A stretch of DNA of 64,000 nt from an uncultured Phycisphaeraceae bacterium (lineage in GTDB: Bacteria; Planctomycetota; Phycisphaerae; Phycisphaerales; UBA1924), in contig CAZIZO010000009.1 in NCBI GenBank assembly GCA_964543905.1, positions 64,524-128,523 on the forward strand, written 5' to 3'. Made by a program: the position numbers and the translations under genes. A model generated the notes under the pieces. That model searched no databases. It saw nothing but the letters and a program-made list of their open reading frames with translations, and was not told where the DNA came from. Each line of letters begins with the position of its first letter. Within the stretch, counting starts at the first letter, position 1. This document shows positions 44,739 through 53,635 of the stretch, one piece after another.

Positions 44739-47114
44739 TCAGCAGCCGCCTTCGTACCGCTGGAGGAAGTACAGGAGGTCCTCGATCGTGACCCCGCCGT
44801 CGGGCGTGCCGGTGGCGCTCCCGTCGTCCAGGTCCGCCCGCGCCGTCCCAAGGTCGAAGATGAATAGGTAATAGAGCAGGTCTTCGATCGTGACCCCGCC
44901 ATCGGGAAGCCCGGCGCCGCCGCCATCGTCCAGATCGGCCGGGCAGGCGATCTCCACACGCGCCGCGAGGCTTCGGACGCTGCCACACGCGTTGGTCACC
45001 ACCACGTCGTACGACCCCGAATCACTCGCCATTGCCGGGTTGAGGATCAAGGTCATGGTGTGGGAGCCCGACACGTGCCCGCCATCGGTGAGCGGGATTC
45101 CATTTCGTCGCCAGACATAGGTCACGGGCTCCTCGGATCGCGCCGTGACGTGAAGTTCGCGGGCCGCTCCGACCAGGGAACGCCCCGAGGCCGGACTGCT
45201 CGTGATCTCCGGCGCTCCGGATCGAAGCGTCCAGACCTGGTCGAGGACCCGATCCGGGTCCGCACCGCCGATCATGATCGCCTGCCCGCGCAACTCATCG
45301 AACACAAACCCGGCGCCAAAGCGCGGCGTCGGGGGCAGGTCCGAGATGGGGCTCCAATCGTCGCCGACCAACTCCCACGCGTCGTCGATCGGCTGATTGT
45401 CGGCGATGAGGCCGCCGATCAGCACCAGACGATTCCGGGCGGAGTCAAAGACCAACCCATGCTCGTCACGCGGCGCGGGGACATCACCATCGAAATGCAT
45501 CGGCGTCCAGGCGTTTCCATCCCACGCCCACGCGTCGTTGGCATACCCGATCCCATTCGCAAAGCCACCGAAGAGCACGACCTGCCCGCGGATCGGATCA
45601 AAGGCCATGGCGGCGTGCACGCGCGGCGCGGGACGCAGCGGGGGTGACTTGAGGGTCCATGTTATCCCATTCCACACCCACGTCTCGTCGCTTCGTCCGC
45701 TGGCATCCTCACCCCCAAAGAGCACCGCCTGGCGTCGCACGGGGTCATAGGCCAACGCGGGCGCACGCCGGGGCGAGGGTCCCACCTGCGACGCCAGGGT
45801 CCATCGCGAGCCATCCCACTCCCAGGTCTCGCCACTCAATAATGAGTTATTCTGCCCACCGAAGTGGATGGCCACGTTCCGCGTGGAATCGAAGCACATC
45901 GCCGCCCGCTCCACGACGCCCGGACGCTCGCCCGGCGGGGCTGGTTTCTGCTCCCAGTTCGACCCGTTCCATTCCCAGGTGTCGTTGAGAAGCCCGCCCG
46001 TTCCTCGCCCCCCCACGACGATCGTGACCCCACGAGCGGAGTCGTACGCGACGCCCGGGTACACGCGATGCGGAGGCACCACGCGCGTCCCACGCGAGGT
46101 CCACTCGATCCCATCCCAAATCCATGTCCCGCTGAAGTGGGTATCCGGGGGCGTCATCGTGCGCCCCCCAAACATAAGTGTTTGCCGCGCACGCTCGTCG
46201 TACGCCGCGGACACGAACGCGCGAGCGCTCGGAATCTCCGCTGGAGGCCCCGGGATCCACTCGTTGCCGTTGTACTCCCACGTGTCCATCAACGGCGACG
46301 CGCCCACGCCTAGCCCGCCAAACAGGACCACGCGCCGCCGGGCCCGGTCATACGCCATGGCATGCGAGTGTCGCCCTGGGGGCGTGCCGGCCCCCGTCGC
46401 CCGAAGCGACCACGCCGCGCCGTCCCATTCCCAAGTATCACTCTGATACCCCGCGGACCCGAACAGCCCGCCAAAGAGCACGACGACCCCGCGCTGCGCG
46501 TCAAACGCCATGCCCGCGCCGGATCGCGCCGAGATCGGGCCGTTCCCGATGATTGTCCACTGACTCCCATCCCACGTCCGCGTCTCGTTGGAGGTCCCTC
46601 CTCCACTCGTCGATCCACCGAACACGACCACGTTGCGCCGCACTTCGTCGTACGCCATCGCCATGCGCCGCCGCGCGGGCGTCGAGAACGGCGTGAGGTC
46701 CACCCACGCTTGCCCGTCCCATTCCCACAGATCGGCGAGCGTCACCCCCATCGATGTCCGCCCCCCAAACAGGACGACGCGTCCGCGATCTCGATCAAAG
46801 GCCACCCCCGCCTCGCTCCGCGCCGGAGGTCGAACCAACCCTTGAGCCACCACCGACCAGCGCCCGTCGCTCCACTGCCACAGGTCCGGGTAGGTCCCAC
46901 GCCCGTTCGTTGCGTTCGCGCCCCCCAACATCAACACACGCGAACGTGCCGAGTCGTACGTCATCGCGTACGAGGCACGCGCATCGGGGCGAGGCGACTC
47001 GGCGTACCGTGGCTCGCACGTCGGCTGCGCGCTCGCAACTCCTCCCGCGAGCATCCAGAGCACCGCCGGAGCCCGAGCACCATTCCATCTGCGAATCGGC
47101 GGCGTGCTCAGCAT
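44739..47114 (-). CDS. secreted Kelch-repeat beta-propeller protein + Ig-like domain + GC-dockerin-like C-terminus
   Basis: GGAAAGGTGAAGGGG precedes ATG47114. Signal peptide MLSTPPIRRWNGARAPAVLWMLAGGVASAQ. About a dozen ~50-aa repeats (W-x-W-D/N-G-xx-W ... R-xx-H/A-x-M/A-x-Y/F-D-xx-R-xx-V-L-F-G-G). One Ig-like domain (YVWRRNGIPLTDGG..SGSYDVVVTNACGS). Ends CPADLDDGGGAGLPDGGVTIEDLLYYLFIFDLGTARADLDDGSATGTPDGGVTIEDLLYFLQRYEGGC-stop. Confidence 0.85.
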   Translation of the reverse strand: MLSTPPIRRWNGARAPAVLWMLAGGVASAQPTCEPRYAESPRPDARASYAMTYDSARSRVLMLGGANATNGRGTYPDLWQWSDGRWSVVAQGLVRPPARSEAGVAFDRDRGRVVLFGGRTSMGVTLADLWEWDGQAWVDLTPFSTPARRRMAMAYDEVRRNVVVFGGSTSGGGTSNETRTWDGSQWTIIGNGPISARSGAGMAFDAQRGVVVLFGGLFGSAGYQSDTWEWDGAAWSLRATGAGTPPGRHSHAMAYDRARRRVVLFGGLGVGASPLMDTWEYNGNEWIPGPPAEIPSARAFVSAAYDERARQTLMFGGRTMTPPDTHFSGTWIWDGIEWTSRGTRVVPPHRVYPGVAYDSARGVTIVVGGRGTGGLLNDTWEWNGSNWEQKPAPPGERPGVVERAAMCFDSTRNVAIHFGGQNNSLLSGETWEWDGSRWTLASQVGPSPRRAPALAYDPVRRQAVLFGGEDASGRSDETWVWNGITWTLKSPPLRPAPRVHAAMAFDPIRGQVVLFGGFANGIGYANDAWAWDGNAWTPMHFDGDVPAPRDEHGLVFDSARNRLVLIGGLIADNQPIDDAWELVGDDWSPISDLPPTPRFGAGFVFDELRGQAIMIGGADPDRVLDQVWTLRSGAPEITSSPASGRSLVGAARELHVTARSEEPVTYVWRRNGIPLTDGGHVSGSHTMTLILNPAMASDSGSYDVVVTNACGSVRSLAARVEIACPADLDDGGGAGLPDGGVTIEDLLYYLFIFDLGTARADLDDGSATGTPDGGVTIEDLLYFLQRYEGGC

Positions 47115-47278
47115 CCCCTTCACCTTTCCGTGGTCCCCCCACGAGTCTGCCAGAATCCGAGAGCGTATCTCCATATGCCCTCCAACACAAGTCGCCTCGT
47201 GACCAAACACGACACCGCGCCCTCACGACGAGCGCCCACTTTCGCCTCGTGTCCAAACCAACAGTTCGGCGCCGTCCG

Positions 47279-47309
47279 AAAAAAAAGCCCGCGCTCATGA
47301 GCGCGGGCT
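47279..47309 (-). terminator. intrinsic terminator after Kelch gene 47335..49725
   Basis: Minus strand reads GCCCGCGCTC-at-GAGCGCGGGC followed by TTTTTTTT. Confidence 0.85.
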
Positions 47310-47334
47310 GGTACCAATCCTGATGAAACTGAAC

Positions 47335-49725
47335 TTAACAACCCGCGTCGTACCGGACCAGGTAATACAGCAGGTCGTCGATCGTCACGCCGCCATCGGG
47401 AACGCCCGTGCTGCTGCCGTCGTCGATATCGGCACCGGCGTTGCCCGCACGCCAGAGTTGGATGTAGTAGAGCAAGTCGTCGATCGTGACACCGCCGTCG
47501 GGCGTTCCGGTGCCCGTGCCATCGTCGTAATCGGCGACGCACCCGATCACGAGTTGGGCCGCGGTGCTGGGCGATGAACCGCACGAGTTGGTCGCGACGC
47601 AGCGATACATCCCGGCCTCCGCCGCGGTGATGTTCGACACGGTCAGCGTGTTGGTCAGCACGCCCGAATATGGACCGCCGTCGGAGATGTTGACCCCGTC
47701 CTTCTGCCACTGGTACGCGATCGGCGTGACCCCGGCGCAGAAGGCGCTGAACGTCACCGACTGCCCCGCTCCCGTCGATCGTCCGACGGGCTGCGTCTGG
47801 AAGGACGGCGCACCGGTCTCGAGCCAACGCCCGTCGGTGATGTATCGGGTCGGGTCCAAGCCACCGAAGGCGAAGGTCACGCCTCGCGTCTCCTCGAAGA
47901 CCTGCCCGTGCCCCTGCCGCGCACCAAGATTCGGCGTGGCGTTCAACTGGAGCCAGTTGGCGCCGTCAAACTCCCACGTCTCGCTGCTCCGGCCCGCGAG
48001 GGTAAACCCGCCCGTCATCACGACCTTGCCGCGTGCCGCATCGAACGACATCGCGGCCTCATCGCGAGCCGACGGGCCCGAGACCGACAGTTGGGTCCAC
48101 ACGGTCCCGTTCCAGACCCACGTGTCGCTCGTCAAGCCCACCACGTTGTCCGACCCGCCGAACAGCACGACGTTGCCGCGGACGGCGTCATACGTCATGG
48201 CCGCGTGGACGCGCGGCGTCGGCCCCGTCGTCGCCTTCAAGGTCCAGGCCGTCCCGTTCCACTCCCAGGTGTCCTGTACAAACCCGACGCCGCCCGCGCC
48301 CTCGTCGCCGCCGAAGAGGACGACGACGTCGCGTGCCGAGTCGTAGGCCATCACGTGCGCCCGACGTGGCGACGGGCCGGGGCCACCCATCATGGACCAG
48401 TTCGACCCGTCAAAGAGCCACGTCTCCCCGCTGAAGAACGCACCGTTCTGACCGCCGAACAGGACCACCTTGCCCGAGCCTCGGTGGAAGGCGGCGGCGG
48501 AACGCTCACGCGCCGCGGGCGACGTGGCGGGCGAGAGGCTCGTCCACGTCTCGCCGTTGAAGACCCAGGTATCACCCAGCAGCCCGCTGCCGTTCTTCCC
48601 GCCGAAGAGCACGGTATTGCCCCGGGTCGAGTCGTGCGCCATGACGGGATAGATTCGCGCGGAAGGTGTGGAGCGATCGTTGCGGAGCGACCACTCGTTG
48701 CCATCGAACCAGCGCAGATCGGAGAAGAACTGCACGCCCGAGCCATCGATCGTGACGCCGCCAAAGACGAGCGACACGCCGCGCACGAGGTCATACGACA
48801 TGTTGTGGAAGCCGCGCCCCACCAACCCCGGGGCGGTCAACTGCACCCATTGCGTGCCCGTCCATTCCCAGGTGTCATCGAAGAAGGTGGTGAAATCGAA
48901 CCCGCCGGACATGTAGACCGTGTTGGCGATGCGGTCGTACGTCATGCCGTGGACAAATCGGGCGGGGGGATCGTTGGGCCCACCCCCGGCGGAAACTTGC
49001 GTCCAGTTGGTGCCGTTCCAGGTCCAGGTGTCGTTCGTCACGGTACTGCCATCGGAGCCGCCAAAGAGCACGATGGTATTGCTCCTCGCGTCGAAGGTCA
49101 TCGCGGGGTTCCGGCGTGCCGACGGCGCGTTGGCCGGGGTGAGCAGGGTCCACGTCGTCCCGTCCCATGCCCAGGTTTCATTCAGATAGGCGCCCGTCGC
49201 GTCGCGTCCACCAAAGAGAATCGTCTGGCGACGAACCGGGTCATACGCCAGGCCATACAGGCGACGAGGCGAAGGCGACGTCGCGGGCGTCCGTTGGGCC
49301 CAGTTGGTGCCGTCGAACTCCCACGTATCGCCAAAGACCGTGCCGTCATAGCCGCCAAACATCACCATCATGCGACGATCGGAATCGAAGGAGAGGCACA
49401 TGTCGTCGCGGTGCGAGGGCGACGGGCCCGTCAGAGCGACTTGTGTCCAGCGCGTGCTGTCGAACTCCCAGGTGTCGCCGTACATCCGCCCCAGCGTGCC
49501 GTCCACGCCCCCGAAGAGGACATACTTCCCGCGCACGTGGTCATAGGCGCCGCCGAACGAGCCGCGCCCCACGGGACGCTTGGGGGTCTCCGCCCAACCC
49601 GGCGCGGGACACTGGGCCAGCACGGACGTGGGCAAAGCCATCACGCCCGCGCACGCCACGAGAGCGGCAGCAGGGGTGACACGAAGGGCGGCGCGAGCCC
49701 GGACCGAACGGATTTTGAACGACAT
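47335..49725 (-). CDS. secreted Kelch-repeat beta-propeller protein + Ig-like domain + GC-dockerin-like C-terminus (paralog of 44739..47114)
   Basis: GAGGAG lies 7 nt before ATG49725. Signal peptide MSFKIRSVRARAALRVTPAAALVACAGVMALPTSVLAQ. Same repeat signature as its neighbour. Ig-like YQWQKDGVNISDGG..AGMYRCVATNSCGS. Ends CVADYDDGTGTGTPDGGVTIDDLLYYIQLWRAGNAGADIDDGSSTGVPDGGVTIDDLLYYLVRYDAGC-stop. Confidence 0.85.
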   Translation of the reverse strand: MSFKIRSVRARAALRVTPAAALVACAGVMALPTSVLAQCPAPGWAETPKRPVGRGSFGGAYDHVRGKYVLFGGVDGTLGRMYGDTWEFDSTRWTQVALTGPSPSHRDDMCLSFDSDRRMMVMFGGYDGTVFGDTWEFDGTNWAQRTPATSPSPRRLYGLAYDPVRRQTILFGGRDATGAYLNETWAWDGTTWTLLTPANAPSARRNPAMTFDARSNTIVLFGGSDGSTVTNDTWTWNGTNWTQVSAGGGPNDPPARFVHGMTYDRIANTVYMSGGFDFTTFFDDTWEWTGTQWVQLTAPGLVGRGFHNMSYDLVRGVSLVFGGVTIDGSGVQFFSDLRWFDGNEWSLRNDRSTPSARIYPVMAHDSTRGNTVLFGGKNGSGLLGDTWVFNGETWTSLSPATSPAARERSAAAFHRGSGKVVLFGGQNGAFFSGETWLFDGSNWSMMGGPGPSPRRAHVMAYDSARDVVVLFGGDEGAGGVGFVQDTWEWNGTAWTLKATTGPTPRVHAAMTYDAVRGNVVLFGGSDNVVGLTSDTWVWNGTVWTQLSVSGPSARDEAAMSFDAARGKVVMTGGFTLAGRSSETWEFDGANWLQLNATPNLGARQGHGQVFEETRGVTFAFGGLDPTRYITDGRWLETGAPSFQTQPVGRSTGAGQSVTFSAFCAGVTPIAYQWQKDGVNISDGGPYSGVLTNTLTVSNITAAEAGMYRCVATNSCGSSPSTAAQLVIGCVADYDDGTGTGTPDGGVTIDDLLYYIQLWRAGNAGADIDDGSSTGVPDGGVTIDDLLYYLVRYDAGC

Positions 49726-49967
49726 GATGCAGGTCTCCTCAGTGCTTCTCCCCAGCGACGAGCGCGCCGCGGGATGACTCATTCCCCCAATCGGAAGATA
49801 ACACGCGAAACGATCGCGGCAACTCAAAAAAGGACTTTGAAGCAACTTCGCCACAACGCGCACCCGTCACAATCGCGCACGCGTCGAGTTATTGGCCACC
49901 GCATTCCCCCACGACTGGCACGCTCGCCCGGTTTGATGCATGAGAGCAAAATCAGCCTTGCCGAAAG

Positions 49968-49997
49968 TAAAAAAGGCTGGGCAACATTGCCCAGCCT
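49968..49997 (-). terminator. intrinsic terminator after gene 50028..53315
   Basis: Minus strand reads GGCTGGGCAA-tg-TTGCCCAGCC followed by TTTTTTAC. Confidence 0.8.
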
Positions 49998-50027
49998 CAC
50001 ATAACTATATCGAGACGTTCCGCTGGT

Positions 50028-53000
50028 TTAGCAGCCCAGTTCAAACCGGACCAGGAAGTAGAGAAGATCGTCGATCGTCACGCCGCCGTCAACCGTCCCG
50101 GTCCCGCTCCCGTCGTCCACGTCGGCGCCCGGATCGCCATTCTCAAAGATGGCGAGGTAGTACAAGAGATCGTCGATCGTCGTGCCGCCGTCGGGCGTGC
50201 CCGTGCCGCTCCCGTCGTCCACGTCGGTGATGCAGCCGGTGTTGACCGTCAGGGCGACGGCATCGCTCGTCACGCTGCCGCAGTCGTTCGTGACCACAAC
50301 GTCGTACGACCCCGCATCACCCGCGCCGGCGGGGCTGATGGTCAAGGTGTTGGTGTCCGCACCCGAGATGCTCCCGCCATTCGTGAGATTCACCGTGTCC
50401 TTCCGCCAAACGTACGAGATCGAGGGCGACCCGGAGACCGCGACGCTGAAGACGGCCGACGCGCCCGCGTTCACCGTCTGCGCCGTCGGTGGCGTCGTGA
50501 TGGACGGGCCGCTGTTCACCACGAGCGCGACCTGGTTGCTCGTGACGCTCCCGCACGTGTTGGTGACGACGCAGTCGTAGTTCCCAGCGTCCGCGAGGGT
50601 GATGTTGCTCAGGCCCAGCGACGCGCCGGTGGCGCCCAGGATGTTGGAGCCGTTGAGCCGCCATTGATAGGTGGGGGCGGGGATGCCCGAGGCGACGACG
50701 AACAACGTGTACTCATCACCAAGGCATCGAGACGCCCCAACGGGGTGCGTGGTGATGGAGGGTGCCGTGTTGAGGGTCAGGGTGGCGGCGGTGCTCGTGG
50801 AACTCCCGCACGAGTTCGTGACGACGCAGTCATAGTTCCCCACATCACCCGCCCCGATGGAGGGAATGTTGAAGGTGGCGCTCGTCGCTCCCCCGATGTT
50901 GACGGCGTTCTTGCGCCACTGGAACGTCGGGGTCGGCGTGCCCGAGGCGGCCACGCTGAACGACGCCGACGCCCCTTCGCAGCGCGAGAGGCTGACCGGA
51001 TTCGAGGTGACCGAGGGCGGGACGTTCACCGTCAGCGTGGCGACATTGCTCGGCACGCTGCCGCACGAGTTCGTCACGACGCAGTCGTAGTTGCCCTGAT
51101 CGCCGGACGAGACCGACGCGATCGAGTAGGTCGCATTGGTGGCGCCGGGGATGTCGATCCCGTTCTTCCGCCACTGGAGCGTGGGCGTGGGGGAGCCCGA
51201 GAAGGCGATGGTGAAGGAGGCCGACGCGCCGGTGCAGCGCGTGAGCGAGGACGGTTGCGTGGTCACCCCGGGGCCCGTGCTGACGCCCAGCGTGGCGAAG
51301 TTGCTCGTGAGATTGCCGCAGGCATTGGTGACGACGCAGGTGTAGTTGCCGGCATCGCCCGCAACAACACCCGTGATCGTCAGGTTGGGCGTGGTGGCGC
51401 CCGAGATGGAGCCGCCATCCACGAGGTTGGTAAACCCGCGACGCCATTGGTACGTCGGCGAGCCCGTCGCCACCACCGAGAAGGAGGCGTTCCCGCCCAC
51501 GCAGGCCGACGTGCTCACCGGGTTCTGGGTGAACCCCGGCGCCGCATTGACGGTGAGCGTCGCGTTGTTGGAGGTGACGCTCCCGCAGGTATTGGTGATG
51601 ACACAGTTGTAGTCGGACGCGGCGTCGCCCGCGACGACGCCCGTGATGGTGAGCGTCGGGGAGGTGGCGCCCGAGATGGTCCCGCCGTTGGTCAGGTTCG
51701 TCGTCCCGCGACGCCACTGGAACGAGGGCGTCGTGCCGGACGCGGCGACCGTGAGCGAGGCGTTGCCGCCCTCGCACGCGGACGTGCTCGATGGCTGGGT
51801 TGTGATCGAGGGCGCGGTGCAGCCCCCGGCCGTCGCCGAGAGCGTGAGGGTGTAGATCTGCGTCTGCGTCGGCGTGTTGTTGTCCGAGACGCGGATGAAG
51901 TAGTTCCCGATCGTGGACAACGCGAAGTTGGTGATCGACTCGGCGCCCCCGAGGCCGTTGGCGTTCGCGGTGGCGAGCACCGTCGTGCCGTTGGACGCGT
52001 AGAGCGTGAGCACCAGGTCGGCCTGATTCAGCGCGTCCACGTTGTTCCCGCTCGCGCACGAGCCGTCCGCGTTCTGGGGGCTGCTGTCATAGGTCGAGCC
52101 CAAGGGGGTGACGGTCGCGGTCAGGTTGATCGTGCCCGCCGTGGTGAAGCGGAACCAATCCTGGTCCCCATCGACGCTGATCGCCGTGAGCGCGCCGTTG
52201 CTGATGGCCGGCGCGGGCACGGTGCTCGGGTTGAGGCTGCCCCCCGCCAGGAGGTTCCCCAAGATCGTGGCCGTGGCGCTCGTGTTGTTGGATTCGTAGG
52301 CGTCGCCGTAGTAGCGCTGCCCCGCGCGCAGGTCGTCCTGCTGCGGGCCATCGAACGAGGTGTTGATGAAGGGCTCCATCAACTGGTTCGAGTTGCTCGA
52401 ACAGACATGCTGGAATCCCAGCCCGTGCCCGTGCTCGTGCATGACCACATCGCGGAGGAAGCGATAGGAGTTGGTGCTCGATTGCCAGTTCTCCGACATG
52501 TCGAGAACCATGTCGCCCGTCGAGGGGAAGTAGTTGTACGCGAGCACGCCGTTGACCCCGTCGAGCGTCCGCCCGCCGATGCGGCAGTCGCCTCGCGCCC
52601 CCGCGGCCCCGGCGCTGGTCAAGAATGTCGCGCCGTCGTCCCAGTCGTTCCCGCCCACCGTGACGCGGGTGTACGACGTGCCCGTCAACGCCGCCCAACG
52701 ATCAAAGCACGCCTGGAACTGGGCGATCCACGTCGCTCGCCCACCCAGCGCGGCGAACTTCGAGTCCATCTGGGCGAAGAGATTGCTCGGGGCCGCCGCG
52801 CTCGTCAAGCCGGGTTCGGCGGGGATCGACGTCCCGTCCGGGATAAAACTCCACGTCAGCGCCCGAGGGGTGCCCACCGTGCCCGACCATCGCGTCCCCA
52901 GGTTGTAGCCCGGATCGAGGAACTGCAGCATCGCGCGATTGACGGCCGCCATGACCTCGGGCTTGGGCGGCTCCGTCTCCGAGAAGCACATCATCGGCGG

Positions 53001-53315
53001 GTCGTACAGGAATCCGGGCCGAAACTCGACCTGATCCATGAGCCGATTCATCACCGCCACGACCTCCGGCGCCGCGAACGGCCCGGTCATGTCCCATGCC
53101 TGTTCAAAACTCCCTGCGTAGACCGCGCGGAGCAGCATCTGCTCCACCTGGATCGACCCCCGCAACGATGACCTCTCGGAATCCGTGGTCTCGACCGCAC
53201 CCGCCACCGACGAAAGCCCAACCGCGGGCAGGATCGCCGCGGCGACGAGAGACAAACGCCCACCCAGCCGGCGAGCAAACGAGCGGCGTGACGACGACAA
53301 GTTCTTGGTGTGCAT
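50028..53315 (-). CDS. secreted metzincin (matrixin-like) zinc protease + PPC domain + six Ig-like domains + GC-dockerin-like C-terminus
   Basis: Signal peptide MHTKNLSSSRRSFARRLGGRLSLVAAAILPAVGLSSVAGA. Zinc site VVMHEHGHGLGFQHV (HExxHxxGxxH). PPC-like region YGDAYESNNT..DQDWFRF..YTLTLS. Six ~85-92-aa Ig-like repeats (..C..ASF.V.ASG.P.P.YQWRKN......A...L.I......D.G.Y.CVVTN.CGS.TS..A.L.V). Ends CITDVDDGSGTGTPDGGTTIDDLLYYLAIFENGDPGADVDDGSGTGTVDGGVTIDDLLYFLVRFELGC-stop. Confidence 0.9.
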   Translation of the reverse strand: MHTKNLSSSRRSFARRLGGRLSLVAAAILPAVGLSSVAGAVETTDSERSSLRGSIQVEQMLLRAVYAGSFEQAWDMTGPFAAPEVVAVMNRLMDQVEFRPGFLYDPPMMCFSETEPPKPEVMAAVNRAMLQFLDPGYNLGTRWSGTVGTPRALTWSFIPDGTSIPAEPGLTSAAAPSNLFAQMDSKFAALGGRATWIAQFQACFDRWAALTGTSYTRVTVGGNDWDDGATFLTSAGAAGARGDCRIGGRTLDGVNGVLAYNYFPSTGDMVLDMSENWQSSTNSYRFLRDVVMHEHGHGLGFQHVCSSNSNQLMEPFINTSFDGPQQDDLRAGQRYYGDAYESNNTSATATILGNLLAGGSLNPSTVPAPAISNGALTAISVDGDQDWFRFTTAGTINLTATVTPLGSTYDSSPQNADGSCASGNNVDALNQADLVLTLYASNGTTVLATANANGLGGAESITNFALSTIGNYFIRVSDNNTPTQTQIYTLTLSATAGGCTAPSITTQPSSTSACEGGNASLTVAASGTTPSFQWRRGTTNLTNGGTISGATSPTLTITGVVAGDAASDYNCVITNTCGSVTSNNATLTVNAAPGFTQNPVSTSACVGGNASFSVVATGSPTYQWRRGFTNLVDGGSISGATTPNLTITGVVAGDAGNYTCVVTNACGNLTSNFATLGVSTGPGVTTQPSSLTRCTGASASFTIAFSGSPTPTLQWRKNGIDIPGATNATYSIASVSSGDQGNYDCVVTNSCGSVPSNVATLTVNVPPSVTSNPVSLSRCEGASASFSVAASGTPTPTFQWRKNAVNIGGATSATFNIPSIGAGDVGNYDCVVTNSCGSSTSTAATLTLNTAPSITTHPVGASRCLGDEYTLFVVASGIPAPTYQWRLNGSNILGATGASLGLSNITLADAGNYDCVVTNTCGSVTSNQVALVVNSGPSITTPPTAQTVNAGASAVFSVAVSGSPSISYVWRKDTVNLTNGGSISGADTNTLTISPAGAGDAGSYDVVVTNDCGSVTSDAVALTVNTGCITDVDDGSGTGTPDGGTTIDDLLYYLAIFENGDPGADVDDGSGTGTVDGGVTIDDLLYFLVRFELGC
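50235..51825 (-). repeat. six tandem ~255-275-nt coding repeats (Ig-like domains)
   Basis: The periodicity is visible in the protein. It also shows in the antisense track ORFs, which repeat ..TLPQ/HxLVTTQS about every 260 nt (50857, 51136, 51346, 51643). Boundaries are approximate. Confidence 0.8.
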
Positions 53316-53538
53316 GCGTGCTTCCGTAACAAGGCCCCGACAGGAGCCCGAACTCAACCGACTCCCCTTCAACAGAACTCCCATACCGCGAGCGGGATTG
53401 CATGGATCGCAAGCCCGAGAATACGCGGGCGTCCTCCATCTCTCCTGCTGTTGCTGCAATCTACGTCAAGAGGGACAACCTGAAAACCCTATTCGGAGGA
53501 GATTGACGCCCCCATCCACAAAACCCAAGAAAGCAACG

Positions 53539-53574
53539 AAAAAGCGGACACGAAGTGATGCACTTCGTGTCCGC
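53539..53574 (-). terminator. intrinsic terminator after gene 53636..56701
   Basis: Minus strand reads GCGGACACGAAGTG-cat-CACTTCGTGTCCGC (a perfect 14-bp stem) followed by TTTTTCG. Confidence 0.85.
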
Positions 53575-53635
53575 GGGCGCTCCAAACAGACTTCAAACCT
53601 GAGGTTTACATGAAGATTGATTTATTGAGACTCAT

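Noticed and set aside
50235-51825. Regular ~260-nt periodic repeats, checked as a possible CRISPR array or satellite
   Set aside because: The repeats are in-frame Ig-like domain units of one long ORF. The units are diverged and contiguous with no short direct repeat/spacer organisation, and no cas genes are present.
50664-53171. 835-aa plus-strand ORF, together with 47908-50004(+) and 53657-54394/54995-56434(+)
   Set aside because: All are antisense to cargo genes with signal peptides and clear domains. Their translations are Arg/Gly/Asp/Val-rich shadows that merely echo the repeat periodicity of the sense strand.
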